DNA of 46,933 bases from Klebsormidium nitens (Eukaryota > Plantae > Klebsormidiophyceae), in assembly GCA_000708835.1 (NCBI GenBank), contig DF237587.1:3301-50233 (forward strand), in the 5' to 3' direction. The notes below the pieces were generated by a model. The model was not told the DNA's origin. It worked only from the letters and a program-made list of their open reading frames with translations, and did not search any database. Positions within the stretch are counted from its first letter, which is position 1. Each line of letters starts with the position of its first letter. Below are positions 11,801 through 22,958 of this stretch, in pieces. Both the position numbers and the translations under genes were made by a program.

Positions 11801-12618
11801 ATCCGGGCGGCTGTGGCGTCCGTCGCGCGGACCGCCATGTTCTCCCTCCAAGACGTGTTGCAGCTCGACAACTCAGCGCGCATGAACACGCCCGCCGTGC
11901 AGGTACGCATCCGCAGTGGTGACGACTTCGTTATTGTCCCTTTGACAATAGAAGCCTTGTCAAGCGCATTTCCATGAGCGGCTTAAACCAGGTCGATCGA
12001 ATTCCTGCCACCCATCTTGCAAAGAGCTCGTGAAGAGCCCGGTGAAGTAGCTTTTCAAAAGTCCGTTCTTAACAGCCCAATTTCTTTATATTTCTCCGTC
12101 CTTCCGTGCCTCATTGCTTGACCGATCGTGATGCACTCGGAGTGCGGAGCAACTGTCAACAATTCTAGAACCCGGTTATCCAGGGCAGAATGGCTTGACT
12201 AAGGAACAAACAACACACTTGCCAACGGGTAGCTTTGTGGCGATTCCTCGTTAAGACATCCGACGCGATTGTTGGGCTGATCAAATCTTGCCATTCGCGA
12301 TGGTGCTCGAGCAATTTGTGTCTCAACTGTTGAGGGCAGAAGCGTGGACCTCTCTTCCTTGAAGCACGCAGTTTCTCTCCCGTTTTCTGCCGCCGCTTTG
12401 TTTATACTGTCTCTTATGTCGTGCAGCTTGGCAATTGGGGTTGGAGGGTAGGGGAGAGTGGAACATTTGACAAGTTGAAAGACGAAGCGGCTTTCTTGCG
12501 AAAAGTTTTGGCGTACTACAACCGGAGTCCTGAGCTTGAGGAAGCCAAAGAAGAGATCAAGTCCGACAAGACTGAGATTGTGGAGGATAAAGACGGTCTT
12601 TTGCAAGTAACAGCATAG
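5810..12618 (+). CDS. DPE1: Plastid 4-alpha-glucanotransferase / disproportionating enzyme 1 (GH77), 13 exons, 639 aa
   Basis: Exons 5810-6262, 6848-6910, 7136-7224, 7460-7520, 7720-7798, 8380-8516, 9088-9246, 9514-9765, 10176-10250, 10675-10747, 11209-11342, 11750-11902 and 12427-12618. Phases are consistent (1920 nt). GH77 motifs: RRAGILLHPTSLPG, GDMPIYVGGHSADVW, SGVPPDAFSATGQLWGSPLY, RIDHFRG, IVAEDLG, VYPGTHDNDT, RMNTP, NWGWR. The N-terminus resembles a transit peptide. Confidence 0.96.
8119..8420 (+). repeat. Three degenerate tandem copies of the DPE1 intron-5 acceptor plus exon-6 5' end
   Basis: GATT(G)CCCGxxTxTGTCCAG|GCTGGCTGGAGG occurs at 8119, 8249 and 8360 (the functional copy). Similarity continues about 45 nt into the exon sequence. 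Confidence 0.9.
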
Positions 12619-13055
12619 CCAGCCAAGGCGCAGCTTATTGAAACTGATAAGTCAGATCGAACTTTCTGCAGCTTGCACCCTGAAACAACTTGCGAGAACC
12701 AGGGTCTTGTAGATTTACTCACTCGTAGCCAAAAGAAACAGGCGCTGCCAAGGGTGAGAGGTGGCAGGTTTCTCAAATTGGATGTGCATCCTTGTAGACC
12801 TTGCAGAAAGGAAGAAAGGGCGGCTGCTACCTTAAAGCGATAGTTATTGCGCCCTATTAGTTCAAGTCTATGCATTGACACAGAAAATTCAGTGAGCGCC
12901 ATCGGGACCAATGAGTTACCTTCGGCTACTGGCAACACTCATACTACTCACGTCAGACCTGAATGATTGTTGGAACGCCTGCCATGGACGGTCATGCATA
13001 GCTAGAGGAGCCTGTGACACACCTCATATTATATGCAGCTCAAGCCTCAGACTCG

Positions 13056-13429
13056 NNNNNNNNNNNNNNNNNNNNNNNNNNNNNNNNNNNNNNNNNNNNN
13101 NNNNNNNNNNNNNNNNNNNNNNNNNNNNNNNNNNNNNNNNNNNNNNNNNNNNNNNNNNNNNNNNNNNNNNNNNNNNNNNNNNNNNNNNNNNNNNNNNNNN
13201 NNNNNNNNNNNNNNNNNNNNNNNNNNNNNNNNNNNNNNNNNNNNNNNNNNNNNNNNNNNNNNNNNNNNNNNNNNNNNNNNNNNNNNNNNNNNNNNNNNNN
13301 NNNNNNNNNNNNNNNNNNNNNNNNNNNNNNNNNNNNNNNNNNNNNNNNNNNNNNNNNNNNNNNNNNNNNNNNNNNNNNNNNNNNNNNNNNNNNNNNNNNN
13401 NNNNNNNNNNNNNNNNNNNNNNNNNNNNN
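13056..13429. other. Assembly gap (374 N)
   Basis: Run of N bases. ORF-track entries spanning it are artefacts. Confidence 1.
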
Positions 13430-14118
13430 CATATGCCAATGCTGCAATCTTAAGCATCCTCGAAACTCTGCATGCATGCTGGAATCATTTGTGCACATAT
13501 GATCGACCTTACAGCTTGCACAGCACCTATAGCGACGGTATCGTACATGGGGGCTGTCCCATGCAACTCAATCCCTAGGTTTCTGCGAGTGCCGCCATCA
13601 TTTGCAACTGCCACCACTGGCATCACGTAAGGATTTTCATGCGGTTAGTGCAGTACCGTACTATAAGTCCAACGACTCTGTGCAGCTTGACAGCCTATGT
13701 TCACGCTAGCTACAGGCAAGCGAGTTTGCACCCACTAGGCACGCAGTCGTATGAAGCTAGAAACAAGCTTTCAATGACTCACACATGCTCATCATATAGT
13801 CGGTTCATGATTAGAGCACGTCCTGTGATGCATGTCGCAGGCACGAATCATCCCGTCGATAAGCACAGAGCCTCAAGAATGTGAAAGCCATTGGTATTGA
13901 CTCTGCGCATATGGCATTGCATTCAGGTGCTTCTGGCTAGCGTAATTGCACTTCCTAACAGGATCGGAGACATACAAGAAATAGCATCAAGGACTACTAG
14001 TGCAAACACTGCTCAAGAAGCTTCACAAGGCTAAACGAGACAAGCAGAAACAGAGGCGGCACATCGATAGTTGCAGATTCACAATTACCCGGTAACGACA
14101 CCAGAAGATCGAACTCTT

Positions 14119-14244
14119 GACGATCTTTTCTTAGCGATTGAGAAAAGGAGCAAATCCAAAAGAAGTGGGACGTCAGGAAAGTATGACAATCTTTTCTTGA
14201 GAAAAGGAAGCAGATTCAAAGGAACTGGGGCGTCAGGAAAGCAT
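14119..14244 (+). repeat. Two-copy diverged tandem repeat (66 + 60 nt) inside a short Lys/Arg/Gly-rich ORF (14071-14271)
   Basis: GAC(G/A)ATCTTTTCTT...GAGAAAAGGA...GG(A/G)CGTCAGGAAAG(T/C)AT occurs twice. Both unit lengths are multiples of 3. Confidence 0.75.
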
Positions 14245-14469
14245 GAGAGCAAGTGGAAAGGTAGATCATGACACGCTTGTGCGCCGTGTTTGAAGCAGTG
14301 AGGGACCGAACACATTTGTAGTATCAGCGGGGGGCTTTTCGAGAATAACCAGCACAAATACCCCTTGCAAATTCCCTTGCAGTGGACCAGCTAACCCTAA
14401 GCGCTACTGACCAGCCGGCGCCAATGTATGCCAGACTTGGCCATCACGTGAAATCAAGAGCGCTTTTGA

Positions 14470-14928
14470 AGGCAGCCAGGATACCCCAAACAAAAAAGAC
14501 TGGATCACTATCGATCCAACTCCTCACGTAGAGCTTCGAATGAATTCGTTTGCTTCACCGCGCCCCGCCTGCTGCTCATACACTACGGACTTGCTCAAAA
14601 TCCTGCCAAGAACGGAGCCAACATCCAGGCCCTCAATCCAAAGTCTTGAGAGCCTGAGAAAGTGCTGAAACACATCGTAAAGCACCAGAGGTACACAGCA
14701 CCAAATGTAAACCCCGAGATCATGCTCCGCACAATGAAGGCTTCTGCCGAAACTCTGAAGCAGAGTCTCTTGAGCCAACGGCGCATCGTACCACACGCAG
14801 GAAACAAGCGTTCACCGCCCAAGAAGCAAGCTGTGCCAAAAGCGAGTGATTCTCTGCACTTCTTGCCGCATTTTCTTGCATCTGGTAAACCAATGACGAT
14901 AAGATTCACCGGGGGCAACATTTATTAG
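14470..14928 (+). pseudogene. Possible degenerate coding remnant: about 152-codon frame broken by one TGA (14647-14649)
   Basis: 59 open codons, then TGA, then 92 open codons. No recognisable family. Overlapping minus-strand ORFs make the coding strand uncertain. Confidence 0.2.
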
Positions 14929-15158
14929 AAACTCACATTACGTGGTGGCTGAACTGGGTCCCCAAGCATCCATGCTGCCTGGGCATCCCTGCTGCTCTGC
15001 ATAAGCGTTCTTCACAGTCCTCACCAAACACTTGCGCTCGCGGGAAGGGGTATTGGTGTGCGCGTTATATGACAAACTTAAGGTCTTTCAATGCGACTCC
15101 AAACCGTGACAGTCTCCTCCTAGGTTCAAATTACACAATTTGTACACTCGGCCTAACC

Positions 15159-16265
15159 CTACAAGGAAAGACCAGAGTCGTCATCGCCCTCCGGAAGGCC
15201 TTTGCTGAAGGTGTAGTACAGGGCCCAGACAACTCCGAAGGTACCGAACAGAAGCCAGCCCAAAGCTCCGTTGCTCAACCCAAGTGCCAGACCAGTGCCC
15301 TCTGTGCTCAGCCTCTCGTCGACCAGGGCGAGGGCTGGGTGAGCAGTGGCAAAGGAGATGGCCGCCGACGCAGCTGCTACCGGGGCAAACTTCTCATTGG
15401 CAGAGCAGACAACACCAGACTTGTGCGCTGCAGGCCAACAGACGTTCAGGGTTACAGCAATCCTTCTGCTACCATGACCTTCCTCAGGATATTTGCTGAC
15501 CTCTTTTTGGTCAAGCAGCAAGCCACATTTGGTCAAGCTAGTTCGTAACTACACAATTTTTGCAGGTTTCTGGATGACTGAAGCAACCAGTGGCTGCAAG
15601 CGCAAACCTATTTTTGCAATGTGTGACACAAGTCACTACTGGTGCTTGAAACTCCTGAAAGACACACAACACTGGCTTGCAGAATGGCCAGCCTAAATTC
15701 AATGGCACTTTACTATGGGAATCCTTTGTTAGAAGACAGAGACTCCGTTGAGTTCGAGGAGCTTCAAGGACAAACCTGCTCTGGCGGGCACGTGGAAGGT
15801 CCTGTGAAGGGATGGCAGTCCTGTAGAAGAGGAATAACCTTTTGAGCATACCAGCATTGCATACTAGCAAGCCTTGACTAGACAGAAAAACCTGGAAATC
15901 TGGCAAAATAGTACACACATCCGCCGCGTAACACTTTCAGCTGGTTGTTTTTCCTTATTCCTTCTGTAGTTCCTGCAACTTCACTATGTCAAGCGGAGGG
16001 ATTAGATTGGAGGCCTCCACTAACAACCTGAAGCATCCACATTCAAGCACTTAAAGGACTTCCACTATGTTCAAATCCAGCTCCAAGAATCCATTTTCCA
16101 ACCCCAGCCTGAGATATCCAAGTATCAATATCCACTGGACACATTCTCCGCCAAGAGTTTCAGTCACGCACCATTAACTGTTTGGCAAGACGCCTTCTGT
16201 GATAGAGAAGTCCTGGCCACGAATGTGGCGCTGACAGAGGTGGAAGCGAGAGCGGCGGTGGCCAT
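15159..16265 (-). CDS. PSBW: Photosystem II reaction centre protein W, 3 exons
   Basis: Exons 16265-16172, 15820-15776 and 15427-15159, with phases 1 and 1. Bipartite transit peptide [12 protein letters not shown]...AHPALA, then mature [37 protein letters not shown]...DDDSGLSL*. Confidence 0.95.
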
Positions 16266-17415
16266 TGTGAGTGAGAGGAGCGAGAAGCAGCAGCAAGCAA
16301 GAAGGCGACGCGATTGCAAGCTTCTCCTCCCTCGTTTTCAGCACCTCCTTCTTCCTTGAAACTTGAAAGCCTTCTCGTCAAAGGAACAAACAGAATGCAA
16401 GACTGGGTAGTCAGTCAATACGGGCCCACCGTACCCAGAGATTGCGCATATCGTACGCCTCACATTTGTCCTGCAAAATCCCTCATCCGGAGATGGGCTT
16501 GGCCAATGGATTTGTGGAGCATCGGTGGAATTTGATTGGCTGTTGGAGGGGAGAATCCGGGGCTTTTCGGGGTACATTGACCGCTTTAGCGGCCGGCAGC
16601 GCGGCCGCGCTTTCACGGACCTGGGAGCGCGCGCGCAACGGTCCAGCATTGGACGGTTACAACTCTGGATATCCAATAGGTAGTACCGGTACAGGTTAAA
16701 GCTTAGCTCCACAAGAGAGCCATTTCCAGTCGCCCCGTATCCGTGACGCCCTTACGCCCTCAATCGAGTTGGTTCTGTCTGCTTCATGCAACGGCCGATT
16801 CTTGCATTCATGAACTTTTAGAGGTTGGAACATGTCAGAAGTGTCAAGTTGGAATTGATCGAAATGGCAGATCAAACGCCCAATTCGTCAATGATAACAA
16901 GATACTACCGGTAAGTCCTGACAGTTGCGCTGGTCGATACGACATGCAAAAGCACAGCAGTTTCGTTTCCGCATTGAATGCACTTATCCCACCAATATTG
17001 GTAGTTCGAGGAGCAACTTTGAAGGAAAACAGAACCATGGACGTGTTCACTATGGCTATGGCGCTGATCGTTGTCCGCGATCATTCGCCAACCTATTCAT
17101 GCAGCAGAATGCTGATTTGAAAGGCCCGGGTCAGATGCTTGTAACTCAAACAATTTAACCGGCTGGCTCGGAACTTCTTTGCCTCTTAGTGATTCATGCG
17201 CTGATGGATACGGATGTAACAAGTCCAAAGCAAACGCTGATTTAACAGAAGACGTCTAACATCATCATGCGCTATGTATGACTTCGGCACACATCTCCTC
17301 ACTCTCACATCCCTCGTCATCGGCGGAATGTGACAACATCGGAATGAATGGAATGGTGGGGAGAACTGTCGTAAATGAAGAAGTTTCAACAAGAGAGATT
17401 GATGCTCTGTCCCAT

Positions 17416-19848
17416 CTACTTCTTCTTGGAGTCTCCAGCCACCTTGTTCTGCAGAGGCAATTGTGAAGGGTCAGGAAGCGAACCCAAGATGGTGAAGCAG
17501 ATCGCAATCAGCTCCAACACAGCAGGGATCTTGATAATGCCTCATTCTCTGCTTGCTTTGTTTCAAGAGACACTCGCAGAGAAACCAGGCCTCCAGTCAG
17601 CCGTGTTCAATAGGACTTCCGGCCAATACGTTGATAATCGACTCTAAGTGATGCTCTAGGGCGCCACGACATGTACTCGAGGATGATACGGAGCATCAAA
17701 AACACCACTGGAACCGGATGCGTAACAAGCCAAAGCAAACCACCAGACCGAACACTCAAGTCTTTCAAAGAACACTTCAAGGAAAACTTCCAAACCCTGA
17801 AAGTACTACCTAATCCAATCAATTGTCGAGCCTACAAGCTGACTTGACCCTTTGATGTCACTTTTACTCCGTGCTCGCATCCTTTCCCTTTCGTTCGAGC
17901 AAAACAGAATCTGACCAAGATGATGGTAACTCGTGCTAATGAAAATCATTTGCGGGCAGCCTGAATCAGAGTACCACTATGCCTCATTTGCTGGTTCAAT
18001 GACCAACAAATAGCTAAGGAAGTGTCAAATACCGGTAGCAACTATGACGTAAGAAACTCTACCTTCCACCCAACATCCAAAAGCACCAATCGACCTCATA
18101 ACCAAAACTCTGATGCAGCTTGTCCCCATCCACCTGGTACAAAGATCGGGCAAACGCAAGCGCCTCTTACCTTCTTCACACCGCGGACCTTCCGTGACCT
18201 GTTCTTGCGCTCCTTGATCTGCTTTCTTGACTTTTCGATCTTGGTCTCCAAGCCGTTCTGCAGACAAAGCCCACAGCATGTCAGAAACTGACGAGGTGAA
18301 CATAGCCTGAAAGACAACTGCATGCCAAATGCTCCCCCCACCCAAAAGATACCTCTGAGTAGGTCGAAAGTACTGCATCCTATGTATGCAGGACAACTGT
18401 TCCTAGATCCCTCCCCATCCATTGGCCACCACAGTGAAACAACCAGACGATGGTGGCTCCTTCGGTCCGCCTATAATGTTCAGAATTCCTTTCCAAGTGT
18501 GGCAGCATCCAATTCCCTCGGCCGTTTTTCATCGCGATGGAACTCTACACACCGCCGCCTGTCTGTCCAAAGAATGGCTACAAACTCCTCATCATGACCC
18601 TTCCCCGTCGCCACCGCTTTCAACCGCTCTCAACCTCCTAGCATGGCCTTCGGAGATTCCCAAGAGCGACAATCAACTAGTCATCCAGCTGTTCCTCCCC
18701 TTTGCCTGTGCCCTTGCCCTTCCTTCTAGTCAGTCGACCACCGGAAGAGCCACCTGCCCCACTCTCGATGCCCGTTACTACTGATCACTATGAGCGCCCC
18801 GAGGAAACCAGAACATAGATGATCGTGGAGAACCGACTGACGGCCCCTGCTCTGCTTACCCGGACCAGCCTGTATCTGGGCTCAAACTTCTTGGCAGCGT
18901 CCAGGTTGTCATAGATGAGCCCAAAGCCGACCGACTTGCCGCCTCCGAACTGGGTGCGGAACCCGAACACAAAGATGGTCGCGGGGTCCCTGACTTCGTA
19001 CAGCTTGGCCAGCTTCTCCTTCAGCTCAGCCTGGTGACATAAGCTATGGGGATCAATCGCCAGCCAAGCATCGCTACAAGCTACCATTTCTTCATCAAGC
19101 TTCACACCGAACTACTCTGCTGCAAGCTGACAAAACTGCAGCGGCGCGATAGCGGCAGCATATGCAGGACAGACTGTCAGGTAAGACAGCTCGTCAAAGT
19201 TTTGTGAGGAATATGCAACGTATGTGGAGGCATGTGCGCTCTATTCTCGGCGAAAGGCACCGTTATCAATCTGCAATAAACAGTGGACACTGGCCCCGGT
19301 GAAAAACAAGGACAACAAAATGCAACCGAGCGGGCATAAAGTGCTCAAATGACTTCGCTTATTGGCCGGCCAATCTCTTCGCACAAACTATCCACACTAC
19401 TGGCAGGGCCGGAGGCCGCCGTTCTGCTGCAAATGATTGAGAAACCTCACCTTTGACACATTTGCCCTGCCAGGATGGAGCACATCAATAACCTGTTCAA
19501 GGCAGAAGAAGCAACCATGAGAGTAGCACACCACGCAGAGTACCATTATCATGCAGGCCCGCAAGGCCTTGCTGGAGTCTTACCATCCATGCCTGATAAA
19601 TGGTTGCACCTGGGCAATAAATCTTTCAGTGGAGGGTCTAGAGAGATCTCAACAGCATCCGTCCCATCCCGCTTCTGCTGCTGCCAACCAAGTTCAACGG
19701 CGGTGCTAATGCATAGTCACTGAAGATGATGCCCGCCATAATTGCCGATGAAGCTAAGATCGGGAAGACTCACGAACTGCTTCCTCTGCAGCAGCCTGTT
19801 GGTGAGGAACTTCCTCGTCCGGATGGTGCTCGCCTTGGCGTCCGACAT
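17416..19848 (-). CDS. RPS24: 40S ribosomal protein S24 (eS24), 5 exons, 135 aa
   Basis: Exons 19848-19774, 19492-19451, 19030-18860, 18257-18171 and 17448-17416, all phase 0. Sequence [50 protein letters not shown]...[19 protein letters not shown]...[31 protein letters not shown]. Confidence 0.97.
18480..18595 (-). ncRNA. Candidate intronic box C/D snoRNA in RPS24 intron 3
   Basis: On the sense strand: box C ATGATGA (18595-18589), a possible C' GCGATGA, and box D CTGA (18483-18480), spanning about 116 nt. No terminal stem and no confirmed rRNA guide. Confidence 0.22.
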
Positions 19849-20029
19849 GGCTGCTGCTCAGAGCGTGGCCGCCGCAGCCCGCCGCCTTGCTGTCAGGGGA
19901 TGCAGCTGGAAAGAGGAAGAAGGCGGTAACGGTTGGCGGACAAGAAGGGCACTGAACAGTGCAATGAAGGCTGAGCTTCGACGCTGAGAACGATAGTTTT
20001 GCAAACCGGAGTCCTAAACCCTGTCTTAC

Positions 20030-20330
20030 AAACCAATGATACGTGCGCACTGCGGAACACGGAATGGTGCAGTCTATACCGTAGTCCGGCAAACCAGGCC
20101 AAACCCTGCTTTCAACCTCTGTCATCGAGAGCTGAGCGCTGTCGAAGGGGGGTGCTAGCTTGCAAGATGAGTGCGCTTCAGCCCACACTGACAGGTCTGT
20201 GATCAAGTTGCAGAACCCTAAATTTGAAGAGGGAGCCTGCACATGCAGGGTAGCAGCTGCTGCTGGCACCAGCTAGACTCTAGAGACGTGTGCAGCCAAT
20301 GCAGAAGGCGCCGCCAGGTATTTATAAATA
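20030..20330. promoter_or_regulatory. Divergent RPS24/VPS55 promoter with telo-box-like motifs and a TATA-like element
   Basis: AAACCCTG near 20036 and 20101, GAACCCTAAA near 20213, and TATTTATAAATA near 20319. Telo-boxes (AAACCCTA) are established in plant ribosomal-protein promoters. Confidence 0.4.
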
Positions 20331-20614
20331 AACTCACCTGGGGGCGAAGAATTCTTTGGGGGCCGTGAGCGAATCGCGAGGAGCTAGATAAGCCTTCAAG
20401 TGGTTTGTTGCCTGCGGGAGCCCTGAGTGGTGTGAACTGGGCATGAATGCAGTCATCGAGCTGAACACAGCGCTGCTTTCAAAAGCGTCAATTGGGCAGA
20501 CGATGCAAGCTTTGGAAGTTTTAGCATCGTAGCCGCTTGTGTAGGTGCTCCATACTTGATTTCCACAATCTGATCAAGCAAAGCAGCAAACGATAGTTCT
20601 ATGCTGAGTGCCAG

Positions 20615-22213
20615 GACGTTTAACCCTTCAAAAAGGACAAGCTGGCGACCATGTCATTGCAAGGTACGTCTTGGGCTGTTTTGTCGGTCCTGACTACTTT
20701 GTTAGTCAACCTCCTTTTGCCCATGATCTGCAGATGATCTGTTCTTGTGCAGTACTATCCTTGCTCATTAAGCATATCTTTCAATGTCGCTCGTCACATG
20801 GAGTATGCCGTCAATATGGCGCATTCTGTGAGGAAACTGCTTTCAATCAAACTGACATATGTTCGTATCATGCATCTCATCGGTTGCCACCGTCTTCCTT
20901 CATCCAGTGTAAGTTGTCCGCACTCTTTTTGCAACTTTGGCCACTGATGTGCCTGGATGCTTGTACTTTGATAGACTTCACATCAAACTGCACAGTATTG
21001 TCTCTGGATAGAGTTTACCTCCTGAGTACCTTGGTTCAGACCAGAGCCTTTCCTTTCATGAGAGGGCCTCTTTCTCAGCTCCTAAGGTGATTTGCATCTG
21101 ATGATCAATGATCAAGTTGTCACACATGCTGTCAAGAAAGCAATTGTCAATTGCCTGTGCCTCTCCTGCTTCTGGTCAGCAGCATGTCCAGGCTTTACTT
21201 TGAGAAATGATCGAGTACTAAATCTGAGTGCTGTTTCTCATCATCCTGCAGCATCGCCGGGCTGGCTTTTCTGTTCTCCCTCGGCATACTTCTCCAAATC
21301 CTGGGATGTGCCTTGTACAACAATTGGTGGCCTATGCTGACAGGCAAGTGTCTTGACGGTGCACTGTGCACTGCACCTGAGAGTTCTCTGTCAGCAATTC
21401 TTACTCTTGGAGTTTTCGGAAGTGTCTTGGTTCCTATTTGCTCACATTTTGAGTCTAGATTCTTCTTTAGTGTTTGGAGAGCCAGACAAGGCCGGCATGC
21501 TTGTGGTGCCAGAGAGCTGGACTCTGCATGGAATGTTGTTTCCTGAAGAATGAACGAACAGTTTTGCTGTGCTTTGCAGCGTTGATGTACGTCATGGTCC
21601 CAATGCCCTGCCTGTTCTTTGGGGGCGGGAGCGCTTCTGACTTCATATCCGCGGACAATGAGACGGGGTGAGCTAACCTGACCCAATCTGCATCCCAGCT
21701 GGAAGTTTCTGTAGCAGCATCATCAAAGTTGATTCACGGCAAGGAGAATCCACCGCAACAATCAGCTTGCTTCGGTTCATTTAGGCCTCAGCGAAGAGCT
21801 GTTGATTGATCTGCCCAAAAGGTATCTGATATAGAACGCATCGGCAGGTTTTATCCGTCGTCTTGGGTGAGTCGTCCAAAAGAAACGTGCACATTCATAT
21901 GGTTTCTACACATCATAGGTCCTTGAAAGCAAGCGTGAGATAATGCCGGTCAGTTGCATCCTACATTCTTTCGTCAAAGGTTTCTTTGGAGCTTGAGATG
22001 AGGACTAACCGGCCTCTTCTCTCTTGCAGGTGGGAAGATGCAGCCAAGTTCTTGACTGGATTCTCTGCAGTTGGAAGCATTGCCATTCCAGCAATTCTGA
22101 GGCATGCTGATCTGATAGCGACAGGGGCAATGTTTATTGAGTTCTTGTCGTTTGGTGTTCTGCTGGTTACGGTGTTGCTGTATCAGCGGATCAGCCGGGA
22201 AGACGAATGGTAG
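20615..22213 (+). CDS. VPS55: Vacuolar protein sorting 55 (VPS55/LEPROT family) membrane protein; 5' end unresolved
   Basis: Confident exons are 21252-21343, 21580-21667 and 22030-22213, giving IAGLAFLFSLGILLQILGCALYNNWWPMLTALMYVMVPMPCLFFGG...WEDAAKFLTGFSAVGSIAIPAILRHA.... The intron 21344-21579 is GC-AG. An upstream exon 20615-20663 is probable. A possible ATG exon is 20299-20317. Confidence 0.88.
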
Positions 22214-22958
22214 TAATAGCGGACCATACTGCGGGTCTTTAATTGACAATCAGTAACTGTACATACATACATAAGGACATTGGATCAAGCTAGCAAGGCA
22301 AAAATACAAGGTTCGTATATTGCAATGGTGCCAGCGAATGATGGAGTGAGTTCCGACTCTTGACTCTCAGGTTTCTCGAAATCTACACATAGCTCCTTGT
22401 GAACAACGCCGACGGTCGTCAGCCTGGTGCGCGCAATTGGAGTGCATGGAGTCGATCGTACATCCGACTCGCAAGAAACTCGTATAGCTCTAATTAAAGC
22501 TCTAGGCATGGCGGCACTAGCCGGCCTGATCTCTTAACTCTAGGCGGCGGAGCTATCATTTCATAATGGCTATCGCGGATTACCGTTCCATGGGCAAGGG
22601 CAACCGTCGCGTGACCAGCAAAACATGCACCACATGTCTAGACTCAGACGGGGTCACCGTGCCATGCACTTATCATAGTAGGTTATTCTTACACAGTCCG
22701 ATCATCTGTTGAATGCACCGCAAGCTAGGGCAGTCGATTTGCCCGACATCAAGCTCCGTTTCATTAGAGTTATTCGGAATCAAGTATATGAAGATACCAA
22801 GAATAGAAACTTGTACAACGGCTAGCAGTTGCATTAACATGGTAGGACACAAACAGACTGCAAGGCTCAGCGAACAAAGTCCCCTACGTTCCAAGGAATT
22901 CTGTTGCTTTACACTGGCATCCATTCACGTCTTTCAAACTGCTCTGCTCTTTTCTTGA

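Noticed and set aside
12911-13578. Long ORFs in the ORF track spanning 12911-13578
   Set aside because: They are long only because they cross the N gap.
16743-17120. 125-aa plus-strand ORF with a CCG|GTAAGT donor-like site, between PsbW and RPS24
   Set aside because: No recognisable domain and no consistent exon chain. It overlaps promoter and 3'UTR territory.
20325-20440. ATAAACTCACCTGG after a TATA-like motif, resembling the U1 snRNA 5' end
   Set aside because: No U1 stem-loops, U1A-binding loop or Sm site follow.
21098-21227. CTGATGA...CTGA in a VPS55 intron as a possible snoRNA
   Set aside because: Non-canonical C box, no stem or guide, and the D box overlaps the likely branch point.
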